Shown here: in pieces, positions 10,990 to 22,394 of the stretch
Layout of the letters: each line of letters begins with the position of its first letter
Numbering within the stretch: position 1 is the first letter of the stretch
Source of the DNA: the human T2T-CHM13v2.0 reference genome, Homo sapiens
Length of the DNA: 64,000 nt
Assembly (NCBI RefSeq): GCF_009914755.1
Contig: NC_060943.1
Reading direction: 5' to 3' (one strand)
Translations under genes and position numbers: made by a program
Notes under the pieces: generated by a model
Told to the model about the DNA's origin: nothing
Seen by the model: the letters and a program-made list of their open reading frames with translations, nothing else
Database searches by the model: none

Positions 10990-11702
10990 TATCCTATACA
11001 ACACAGAACGATCACACAACTCTCACTCATCCTACACAACAGTGGACACACATACACAACCATCATTGATCCTACACAATGGGACACACACACACAAGCA
11101 TCACTGATCCTACACAACAGTGGACGCACACATACAACCATCATTGATCCTACACAACAGGGGACACACATGCACAAGCATCATTGATCCTACACAACAG
11201 GAGATGGCTACACAACTGTCATTCATCCTGCACAATATGGACACTCACACAACTCCCATTCATCCTACACAACAGAGGATGCCCACACAATTGTCATTCA
11301 TCCTGCAGAACACAGACACCCACACAACTGTCATTCACCCTACACAACAGGTGATCCCACACATCTCTCGTTCATCCTGCACAACATGCACACCCACACA
11401 ACTGTTATTCATTCCACACAACAGGTGGTGCCCACACAACCATCATTCACCCTACACAACACAGGCACCCACCTGTCATTCACCCTACACAACAGGCGAT
11501 CTCACAAAACCATCATTCACCCTACATAACACAGACACCCACCTAACTGTCATTCACCCTACACAACAGGTGATCCCACAAAACCATCATTCACCCTACA
11601 CAACACAGACACCTATGCAACTGTCATTCACCCTACACAACAGGTGATCCCACACAACCACAACTGTCATTCATCCTACACAACACAGATGCCCATACAA
11701 CT
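10990..11702. repeat. Minisatellite, ~19 degenerate units of 37-40 bp (core TCATTCACCCTACACAACA)
   Basis: CCTACACAA-type core recurs about every 40 bp in the first units and every 37 bp after. Confidence 0.92.
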
Positions 11703-12504
11703 GCCAGGTTTCTGAGAGTCACGCTGCCTAGGAGAGCAGTGGCCCGGGCGGGGCACCACTCCAGCAGAGCTCATCCAAGGCCACTGACATGTCTTATTCC
11801 ACCCTCCCCATCCTGCCAGAAAAAAAGCTTAGCTGCGGGGAGAGGGGAGAAAGAAAACAGTATAGGTTCTAAAATTCATCACTGCTCGGGGACTTGTCTT
11901 GAAAGAGTGCTTTTCCCCAACACACGTCAACGTCTTCCTCTGACTCCCATCTAAGACACATGAGGGGAGTTTGTTTTTTACAATGTGACACACGGGACCA
12001 CGTAAGGGACCTGCAGGCTGGGAGTCCTGCAGGCACCAGCCCCGCGCGCACTCTGCCTTAGATCAAAGCTGTGTCAAGCAGCACAGCCCTGGGAGATAAG
12101 AATCTGAGGTCCCTGCGATCGCAGCGTTGAGATTTTCCACTAAAAATATTTACCGAATTTTGAGAAAATCTGCTTCATGCATTGAAGGGAACAGGATGAG
12201 GTTTGGTTCTGAACTGTTGAGAAAAGCTGAACAAATATTTACTACGAGCCACTGCTGGCCGCTGTGTTTTCCTGCCCTGTGAGGTGTGTGAGGTGGGCAG
12301 GGGGCTGTTGAACCCAATGGCTGTGGCCTCATCTTGCCATTAAAAGAAGAAAGTGGGGAAAAGGTGCTGTGCCTTGGGGTCCTCAAAAGGCAAATATCAT
12401 TTGAAGTGAGAAATAACAATTTTCTAGAGGTCACCACAAAAGGCTCCCATGACATTTACATAAAACCTGCCAGGCAAGGGCTGCACCAGCCCTGGAAGAA
12501 AAAA

Positions 12505-12506
<2 letters not shown>

Positions 12507-12536
<30 letters not shown>
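12507..12536. repeat. (GT)15 microsatellite
   Basis: Seen directly. Confidence 0.95.
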
Positions 12537-12538
<2 letters not shown>

Positions 12539-15500
12539 GGTGGGGTATGTGATTTGGAAATGAATTTACAAATCACAAGCCAGTCTTCATGACAAAAATA
12601 ATACAGACTGGCAGGTGTCACAATTCTGGCTTCTTTGAAAATTCGCATTTGTTCTCTGGCGGGCACCTTTGACATACCCTGCGTGAACACCCCTGGGTGT
12701 CAGCCCCATCCTCTGGGGGGATTTCCAGGGAGAGATGCTATCTATGCATGAGCCAGGCACGGGGAGCCCTGACAGGGCAAGGGGGCCCAGCTTTGTTCCT
12801 CCCTACGGAGTGTGCCAATGTCGCAGACGCCACCTCTGCAAAGGGTAGGAAGGCGCCTTGCCCACATGTAACAAGATGCCTGAGAACGCCGTGCAGCGAG
12901 TCTGAAAGCTGGTTAGGGGTCGTGCATGAAAGGACCCAAAAGAGCCCCTGGGAGGGGAGCAAGTGAGGCGCAGAGCCCACCAGGAGCTCCCATGGTGGGG
13001 GACACTTTTGCTCTCTTTATGGCCAGATTCCCCATTGCCCGAGTGCATGTGATATTTTGCAGTTAGCAGTGGCAGGCAAGGGGCGCGCTGACTCAGGGCT
13101 TTGAATAGGAGAGATGAAAGATGAGGGGCCATGTTCACCCCGCCAGAAAAGCAGGGAGGCGGTGCCCAGAGCTGCACCCAGAGCCCCCTTCTGAGGCGTC
13201 TGCCCCAGCCCTCACCTCCCTCAGGTGCCAAGCAAGGGGTTGAGGTGTCCTGGAGGCAGGTACACCCGATGTCCCCAGGGCGATGGCTCCCGTCTGTTCA
13301 CACCTATACTCAGATGCTGGGGTGGGAGCCCAGCCACTCTAGGCCTGCACCCCACCCTGCAGCCCCCCAGGCCTCAGCATTTGCACCCCACTGAACACCA
13401 GATGATAATCGAGTCACACGACACTCCCTGGATCCGCCTCTGGGTACAGTGTGCCCAGGAAGGCAAATGCTTCTATTTTCAAACTCAGTGGTCTTTACAG
13501 AACAGAAAGTGCTCCAAACGGCAATCTGCCTGCAGTCAGTTTAAACATACAAGGCTGACATTCCTCCCTCTCAGAGTGGGACCGTTCCTTGGCACCGTCA
13601 GCAGGTCCCACCCAGCCCTAAGACAGACCTTCCAGAGGGCTCAGACGGAAGCTCTGAAGCTTCCTTGAACACAGCAGTGCTGGGGGATGGGGGGCGTGGG
13701 CAGGAAAGAGGGACTCCACCTGGTTGGCCGTTTTAGGCTCCTTGGGACCCCCTCCCCATCCTGGCTGGCAGGCAAGTGCCAGAATTTTCCAGGCCCCTTG
13801 AGATGGTGGAACCACTTGTCCCATTGTAGAATTTCACATGTACCCACCGGATTATCTCTCTGAGATCATCGTGGGAACGAAATTGAAGTAGTTAAGTTCA
13901 AGGCTGAGGTGCTAACCGCAGGGTTCAAATGGAGATGCCATTTTTAAAGTGGATCTTGTGCAATCAACAAAAGGTTTTGGGACCCACATGGGCACATGAT
14001 GGGGAGAGGTCACTGAGCCCTGGTTTCGATGTTGGCCTGGCATTTCAGAGAAGTGGGAGAGCTGGCAGCACTTAGGACCTCAGGGCTTCCTCGGTGGCTG
14101 CATCCTGTGTGGCACCCCCGGCAGGGAGGTCAAGAACTCACGGCCACCCTGGGTGGATGCCACACACAGGTACGGGAGGGGCTTGTTTGCAAGGGGAAGA
14201 ATGACTTTTGTCTTCTTCTTTTGTTGAGAGAGCTGCTCAAATCAAACAGGACAGCCGCTGGTTAAACTTAGGTAAAAGCTGTTCGTTAGTGCAACTGTGG
14301 GGAGGGGGCGAAAAGACATGCTCATCACCATCACCTATGCGGCTTTGTTTAGGAGGTGAAAAGGTCATTAGCAGTAATAAAATAATCATTAAATTGGGGA
14401 GAGGTTAAAGGTGACTGGCTGGTTAGCGGTAGAACTGCGCTGGCTGGTGTCACCGGGCGCTGCAGGCAGGAACCGCAACGCAGGGCCGCGCTGGCAGGAA
14501 GTGGCAAGGGTGGGGCCGGTCGCAGGATCCCACTATCGCAGCAGGGCTGAGGCCCAATCACTGACACCCACACAGCCGTTTCCTGCACTTAAAAAAAAAA
14601 TCTGTTTCTCTCTTTGCAAATCAACAACTTTTACCTAGAAACTCTTCAGCGGTGAGCTCTGACTGATCTTGATCTCCGGTCCGTTGCAGAAAATATACCA
14701 TTGTTTACCTGGGGGAGGTGTGTGCCACGGCTAACTTTAACCTAACTCTAACTGACAGGTTTCGGCAGCCTGCCGGGTCTGTGCTGCATCTGCCTGAAAG
14801 AAACCAGTTTCTTCTGCCCAAAACAGACACCTGCTGGTTATTTAATACCTTGATACACCTTTCTTGAAAAGACCTCCAGGCAAGAAGAACTTAGTGCCCA
14901 CACCAAAGCTCCATGCATGCCCCAGGAGATGGCCCTTGGTGGTCCCCAGAGTGCACTTTCTGGCTTAGATGGAGACAGAACTGAGTATGTGGCCTTGAGG
15001 GCAGATGGCCAACTGTGGGCTACTCAGCTGTACGCTGTGACCGGAACTCTCCCTCGAGGAACCTCTGCAGGTTCCCAGGTGGAGGGGTCCACCTGTGACT
15101 GTCCAGGTCAACACCTGTCTGCCCGTGCACCCACACTGCATGCCAGCCACACCAAATGTCAATTTCACCTCAATTGACCTTTAAACAAAATAAGACAAGC
15201 AGCTCCCACGGAATTTGAAAACTGCAGCCTCTAGAACACAAGAGATGGCACCAAAGCCACACGTGACTCAGACCCAAACTCACATTTGGTCCTGTATGAG
15301 CGATGACCCACAGAGGACGCTGGAGCCCTCTTTGAAGTTCAACTCCCTGCACGCTTTTTTTAACGGAAAAGATTTCCACTAAACTGTGACCTCACAGGGA
15401 GAAAAGGGCCCAATTAATGACTCCCAGAATGTGTGCAGCCACCTCAGCTGCCCAGCCTGTCTTTCCTGGAAAAGGTGCCCATATGGCAGAAGCCTGCGTC

Positions 15501-17589
15501 CCGGTCCCTGTGCCGCAGGGTGGGGATGGGGGCTACAGACCACATACAGCACGTCACCGTGCAAGGCGCTTCACCCACACACCCACCTGCTAGGCCTGAG
15601 TGGGTCCCATGGTCAGGCAGGAAAACTGAGGCTCAGGGAGGTTAAGTGACCCACCCGGGGCCTCCCTTTCCTCCAATGTCCAGAAACCAGCCTGATCAAG
15701 CAGTCCCCTGGATTCTAGCAGAATTGGCTGCCCAGAGGACAGAAGGAAGCGGCCTCAGTTCTCCTGTCCTGGCCTCACACATCAGCCATTTCCTGGCACA
15801 GAGGCCTAGCAGGGTTCTAGAAACCTCTGGGTGCCCTGGGATGGACAAACCCTGGATGGGAGCATGGGACATCAGACATGTTCCATGTGCCAGGCGGAGA
15901 GATGACAGAAAAGCTTGTTCCTTCATTGTGATTTCCATGAGTGCAGGTGTCAACGCTGTGTGCATGTTTAAGACTGCCCACTGGACAGCCTATGGGTCCT
16001 TCAGACTTTTTGTCAGTCTGTCTATCTCCACCAGCTCAAGGCTCGACCGCCAGGCTCACAGGGGGTCGCATTTCACCTTCCTCCTCACTCAGCCACGCTG
16101 GGACCCACGCATCTCGCGCAAAGCCCCAGCATCTGGGAAGCCCTGGGGTGGCCAGGGGAAGGCGGCCGTCACTGTGTGCTGGCCGTGTGGTCTCCCTGAG
16201 CAGAAAAAGCCTGGGGTAGCAAGAAAGGCAGAAAGGCTTTTTTTGGTTTGTTTGTTTGTTTTAAGAAAACATAAAGTCCAGCAGTTTGAAAACGTTGGAC
16301 TTTATGCTTAAAAAAAAAAAAAAAAATTCACAGATTAGCTTCACTATCTTCTGTCTTAAAGAAGCCAAGAAAACAAGAGATCTGCCTTGTGTCTTCCTGG
16401 CGAACTTTCTGAGCACGACTTCACCCGACACTCATCTGCTGACCGCTCTTGCCCATAACCAGAGGCCTCCTGGGCTGCACGTGGGTCTGTGCCGTGTGGC
16501 CAGGAACCGGGAAGGGAATTGTACAGAGCCCGGCTCTGATTCCCTTGACCAGAGAGCAAGGGTAGGGCAAGCATCTTCCTTTGCAATTCCCCAAAGAGCC
16601 AAACACTTCTCCCCAACATGTGACTCACCAAAGGTCAACCACTGGGTCAACTCAGTGTTTGGACTGTTAGAGGTTAGTACGGAATCACAGCACAAATAAT
16701 GCTGCAAGCTCAAACGGCAACCACCACACGGTCTGTACCTACCACCCAGCAGCGAGTACAATGCAGAATTTTTCTGTTCAGCCATTGCTTCTGGGTAAAA
16801 GAATCAAATGAGAAATATTTAGGCCTCCACACAGATCTGCAGTTGCTCCGGACTTAAAATGCTGCGCGTGCATTGGCTGTTTTAGAGAATGTTCTGAAGC
16901 TCATGGCTTGGTTCTCGTTACTCCTGTCTTGGGGCAGGAGGCAGGTCACTGGGTGTAGACCTGGCCCTGCTGCCACCTTGCTGTGTGACCTTGGGGAGCC
17001 CCCATGACCTCCCTCCCCGCCTTTCCTCTTCCAGGAAATGGGCATGGCCTGGCCTGTCTCCCTCACGGGTCTTGCTGGGACCTAGTGAGATAAGAACTGT
17101 TCAAGCACTTCCTAAGGGCCCATCAATGTTAATATATTTCTGCAGAGCACCGAGTGGCACAGCAACCATCAACCACAGCAGAACAAAGATGCAGTGGCCT
17201 GTGCCACGAGTAAAGGAGCCCAGGACCCCCTGGGTCTCAAATTGTGCAACAGCTCCCTAAAAAGCCTGAACCCTGAAGCCAGGCCCAAGGAAGTCACCCA
17301 AACTCCCGTTATCAAACGTTCTACTTTTAACAAGCATTCTTTTCTGCTTTCGAAGCCCACAGTACACTAACAGCAGAAGCCAAGGTGGGGTGGGTAGGCT
17401 TGCAGAGGGAGACACGATGGGAGGTGATAACTGAGGGAAAGTTCAAAAGCAGACCCAGCGCCGGGTTTAGGTACGTGGGGAGGCGGGGGTGGCGGTTTCC
17501 ATGAAACACTGAAAATGAAGCTTTGCACCTGTGAGCTGTTGAGTGGGATGGCTCCTCCTCAGGGCCCAGCAAATACGGCACTGCTCGGC

Positions 17590-18289
17590 AAGTGTGTGCA
17601 CCCATATGAGAATACGTGCACATGTGTGTAAATGTGTGTACACGTATGTAAGCACAGAGTGTGCATGCCCGGGTGTGTATGAGCACACACGCACGCATAT
17701 GTGTGTGCACGTTTGCATGCATGCATTATGCAATATCTGTGTAATGCTCACCTGTATTCATGTATATGTTCACATGTGAATATGTGCATGTCTCAATGAA
17801 TGCATGCACATATATAAGCATGGAGGGTGTGCATGCCCAGCTGTTGTCTATGAGAGCATGTGTGTGTGCAGGCATGCACAATGCAGTATGTGAGTGCATG
17901 CTGCTCATCTCTATGCATGCATGTGTGTACTGACAAGAGAATATGCACACATGTCCACAGATGCATATAAGCATGGAGAGTGTGCACGGAGGGGTGCATG
18001 GGAGAGTGCGTGTGTGCCTGCATATGCGTACATGCAGGCACATGCGAGAATACTCATGTGATGCAGTATGTATGTGAATGCATGCTCACCTGTATGCATG
18101 TGTGTTCATGTGCAAACAGGTGCATGCATGCATGTGTCTGCAGGCGTGGAGGATGTGTGTACACAGGGTACACATGTGCATGCAAGAGCATACACGTGTA
18201 CGTGCACATACATGCATAAAAATACATGGCCGCACGTGGGAATGTGCACATGCATGTGTGCCAGCTGTGTGCATGCATTGTGATTATGC

Positions 18290-18320
<31 letters not shown>
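17590..18320. repeat. Alternating purine-pyrimidine low-complexity tract (CATG/TG-rich) ending in (TG)n
   Basis: About 730 bp of mostly RY alternation with many TGCATG/CATGCA words. Confidence 0.9.
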
Positions 18321-18321
<1 letters not shown>

Positions 18322-19947
18322 TTCTGCTCCCATCTTTTAGGCAGAGTGAAGAGGCCCACTGCCGTTCCATCAGGAAGCCAACAAGGATCCCTGAAGAGCC
18401 ACTGCCTCTGTGTAAGGCACAGGTGGCCTCTTGCAGATGGAAGGGAGTCCCTTTGTTGTTTTGTTTTTCCTCCTGATGGTAAATGTCTTTGATGTGTGGC
18501 TTACAGAAATGATCTCTTTACGCATCTGTATCTGCTCAACAGTTCACAGAAAATCTGCTCTAAATCCACACAGCCCATACTTGGTCATACTTTTTCTCCT
18601 GACTCATCCACAAGAAAGCCAACCTGGGCACTGCGGGCTGGGTCCCCATCCTCCTGAGAGAAGGCCATGGCCAGCCCAGGGGACAGGAGGAGAGAGGCGG
18701 TGTTCTAAAAATAACTTCCCCTATGTTCACCTCTACTGACAGGTGGCCGAGGTGCAGGACCGAGGGTCACTCGTAACTAGTGAGCTGGGGGCATGCGGAG
18801 CCTGCTAGGTCCATTCCAGGACCTGCGATGACACAGGGGCTGCAAAGTGAGGCCAGTGGCAGATTCCAGGGGAGGGGCAAGTGTAGGCAGGAGGGTGAGC
18901 ACCACTTCCCTCGCTGGAGCTGATGGAAAGGGCTCGGGGGCATGCCCTATCTAGGGAAGACAGGTAACAGAAGGCATGATCCTGGGAGTGCGTGGGTCTC
19001 CTGTGGCTGCCCACAATTCAGGGACAGTGTGGGGAACAGTCTGCCTGGAGGTTAGAGAATAGGAGGCGTCCCAGACCGGGGCACAGATGGAACAGGCAAT
19101 GACCGGGTAGATAAATGGATCAGGGAGCTGCAGTGACTCCTTCTGCCACTTGAAGCAATAGCTTTCTGTTTGAGAGTCTGGCCAACTGGCCGCCGGCCTA
19201 ACTCTGTCACACGAGAGAAATCCCACGTGTGAGTTAAAGGGCTTCAGAATCCTCAGGGGACCCTCGAGGGCCAAGGCTAGGAGACATTGGCAGCACTGGC
19301 CATGGGGAAGAGGGGCAGGGCCTGTAGGAAGTCCCCTCCTCAGAGCTGTGCGTTGAGATGCCTGGGCAAGCTGGGGCAGAGGGGAGCCCCGAGCCATCCT
19401 GCCTCCTCACATCAGATGCCACCAAGGACAATCTCCCGCTCCCTCCACTCTCAGTCCTGAAGCAGCTGGGAAGGGACTGGACCAAGCAGCGACTCCTGCC
19501 ACCCTCACCCCCAACAGGCCCTCCCTGAGCACGGACAGGGAGAAGGACGGAAGAGAAGGGGCCAGAGTGGCCACAGGGCTGCCGGCCATGAGTGGCTCCT
19601 GAAGTATAGCCAGGGCGTCGGGGTGGCACTGACATGCTCAGGCGGAGGCCGCACGAAGCGCCCCCAGCCACAAGGGGAGCTCTAAGGCCAAGGCTTTGTG
19701 CACTCCAATACAGAGCCAGAAGCCCAGGGGCCCACAGGACGGGGCGAGGGCGGGCAGGCAGGAGGCACACACCACGCACATACGGCACTTGCGTGGACCT
19801 GGGCAGCTGGGCCGGGGGGACCCTCTTGCTCCCCACACAGGGTCCCACGGCATCTGCTGCTACTCTGGGCTGGTGAGCAGGGAGGCCCTGGTCCCCCGCC
19901 ATCCGGCACCGGTAGGCGGTGGCTGCGAGAGAAGAAAGCTTACTGAC

Positions 19948-20080
19948 CGCTGGGCGGTTTAGGCCGTGGAGGAGCAGGTTTCTTCGGAGGCAGAGCAGGA
20001 GTGTCCTGTTTACTTTTAAAGGGGTCATCTGAGAATCCTGCCCCTCCCAAGGAGGAGGTGAAAGGGCCAGAAGGTGGGGG
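19948..20080 (-). CDS. EPS15L1: EPS15L1 exon ~22 (133 nt): [44 protein letters not shown](G), proline-rich
   Basis: Acceptor CCTCTCTTACAG, donor GTCAGT; PALPPK SH3-type motif; phase 0 to 1. Confidence 0.97.
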
Positions 20081-20839
20081 CTGTAAGAGAGGACATGAAA
20101 GAGAGGCAAAAATAGTTGTTAAAACAAAGGTGACGGATGTCCACTGAACAGACGCTCATGCTCCAAGGGCCCTGGCAAGGCCTCCTACCCTCTGGACTGC
20201 ACAACATGGCCCTGCTTGGACGTGGGGTCTCTTTCAAGCCCCATGCTTTCCTCCACCCTCAACAGCAGGGGCCCTCTGGCCTGTGGGTGATGAGCTGCCC
20301 AACATAGGGTGGCAGAGAGCAGTCCCATACCTCCACGGGCTTCTAGCACCAAGGGCATCCCCAGTCACACGAGGCACACTGGGTCTTTCCTGACTCCAGG
20401 ACTTGGCACATAGGGTCCCTTGGGCCTCCTGCTTACACTTCAGAGACACGCCCCACCCTCACCTGTATGCTGGCTGTGGTGCTTGGCACATGCCCTGGTG
20501 TGCCGCCTCCCCACTGAGCTGGCCGGTGTGGTCACTGCCTTCAGTTAGTGATGGACAGCTCCAGGTGCTGGGTCAGCTGGCACCAGACTTTCTTCCTCCA
20601 TGCCTCTGGGCTGCACATGCAGCACCTCAGGTGGAAGTGCATCCTCACATGCCCGGCCACCCGCACTGGTCAGCATGCCCACGCCACCTCCACTGGGCTC
20701 TGACCACCTCTGGCCCGGACCCTCGGTCAGCCTCCATCACACCCATCCACATCCTCCACCCCACACCTGCTGTCTCAAACCCAAATCGGACCATATCCTC
20801 CAGCTTAAAGAGAGAGACAGTCAGAGATAGTTATAACAA

Positions 20840-21045
20840 TTGGATAGATGAATGGATGGTGGGTGGGCAGATGGATGGAATGGTAGTTGGATGAATGGAT
20901 AGACATATATGTGGATTAATGGACGAATGAATGGCGGGTGGGTGGATGGATGGATGGATGGGCAGGTAGAGACAGGGAGGCGGGTGGGTGGTAGACAGGG
21001 AGGCAGATATGTGGCGACGTCTTGCAGGTAGGTAGGTAGGTAGGC
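20840..21045. repeat. Degenerate (TGGA)n/(TAGG)n simple repeat
   Basis: Seen directly. Confidence 0.85.
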
Positions 21046-21847
21046 ACTTCCTATAGGGAAGCTCCAAGCTCTCATTAAGGCATGCAGGGACTTCATCGCT
21101 GCCCCAGCTGCCTGATTTTTCAGGCTCACCTCTGAAGTCACCCCTCCCCTCACAATGCCTCCTTAGTCCCCAGAACCCACTGACCCCCCAGCCGCTGACT
21201 CAGCCTCCTGTTTCCAAGTCCTGCAACACTCAGGTCTCCTGCTGGGGAACTCGGCCCACCTCGTCCACCAGGAACCCCTCTCCTTGCTCAGAGCCTGGCT
21301 GGACCCCACTGCCGTCCCCCAGAGCTCTCCCAGGGCTCTCCCTGGGGCTGCTTCCTGCCACCCACGCCTGCACTGCTCACTGAGCCACAGAGACACGCTT
21401 CCAGGCCTCTCCCACCTGGAGGGCAAGCACAGTCCTCTCCCCGGCACCTGCTGCCTCCAGGCCTGTGATGAGCAGATACTAAGCGCCGCCACCTGGGGGG
21501 ATGCTTGTCCCTCACTTGGAGCGCCGGTGAGGCACAGGGGAGCCAGGGTCTCCATCAGCCACAGAAGGGCCAGCATATCTCAGGCGTCTGAGGGAAGGGG
21601 CTGGGGTGTCCCAGGAGGGAGAAAATCACTTTCTATGGGCAGAAGAAGGATGAGTAACCACTCTTACTAAAACAGAAAATAATTAAGTCTGTAATAAAAT
21701 AGAAAATAACTACATTTTTACTAACAGAGGAAACACATTGTTACAAAAATGCAAAATAACTAGGAAATTATAGGACAAAGAGATAACACTGCGACAGGAA
21801 ACAAAAGGAATGGGCAGAAATAGGGGTAAAAATGATCATGTGTTCCT

Positions 21848-22152
<305 letters not shown>

Positions 22153-22394
22153 GATCATGTGTTCCTCCAAGAGCATAGAAGAGAAAGATCAGAGTGGGGC
22201 AGAGGTGGAGGGAGGGGCCGGGGGTCTTTAACTTTCTCCCCAGCAGGGAAGGCCTAGAGACAGAGAACAGGTCAAGAGTACAAAGGCACACTCCCAGGGT
22301 TTCCCTCGAGAATCTGAATGCAACAGATTGCAGATGTGGGGGAAAAGGTCTACCACCACGTCCAGCAGACAGTCTTAGAGGTATGGCTGCCTCT

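Noticed and set aside
11120-11647. 175-aa repetitive His/Thr ORF
   Set aside because: Translation of the minisatellite.
19234-20109. 291-aa minus-strand ORF overlapping exon 22
   Set aside because: Different frame from the real exon, in GC-rich stop-poor sequence, with no homology I recognise.
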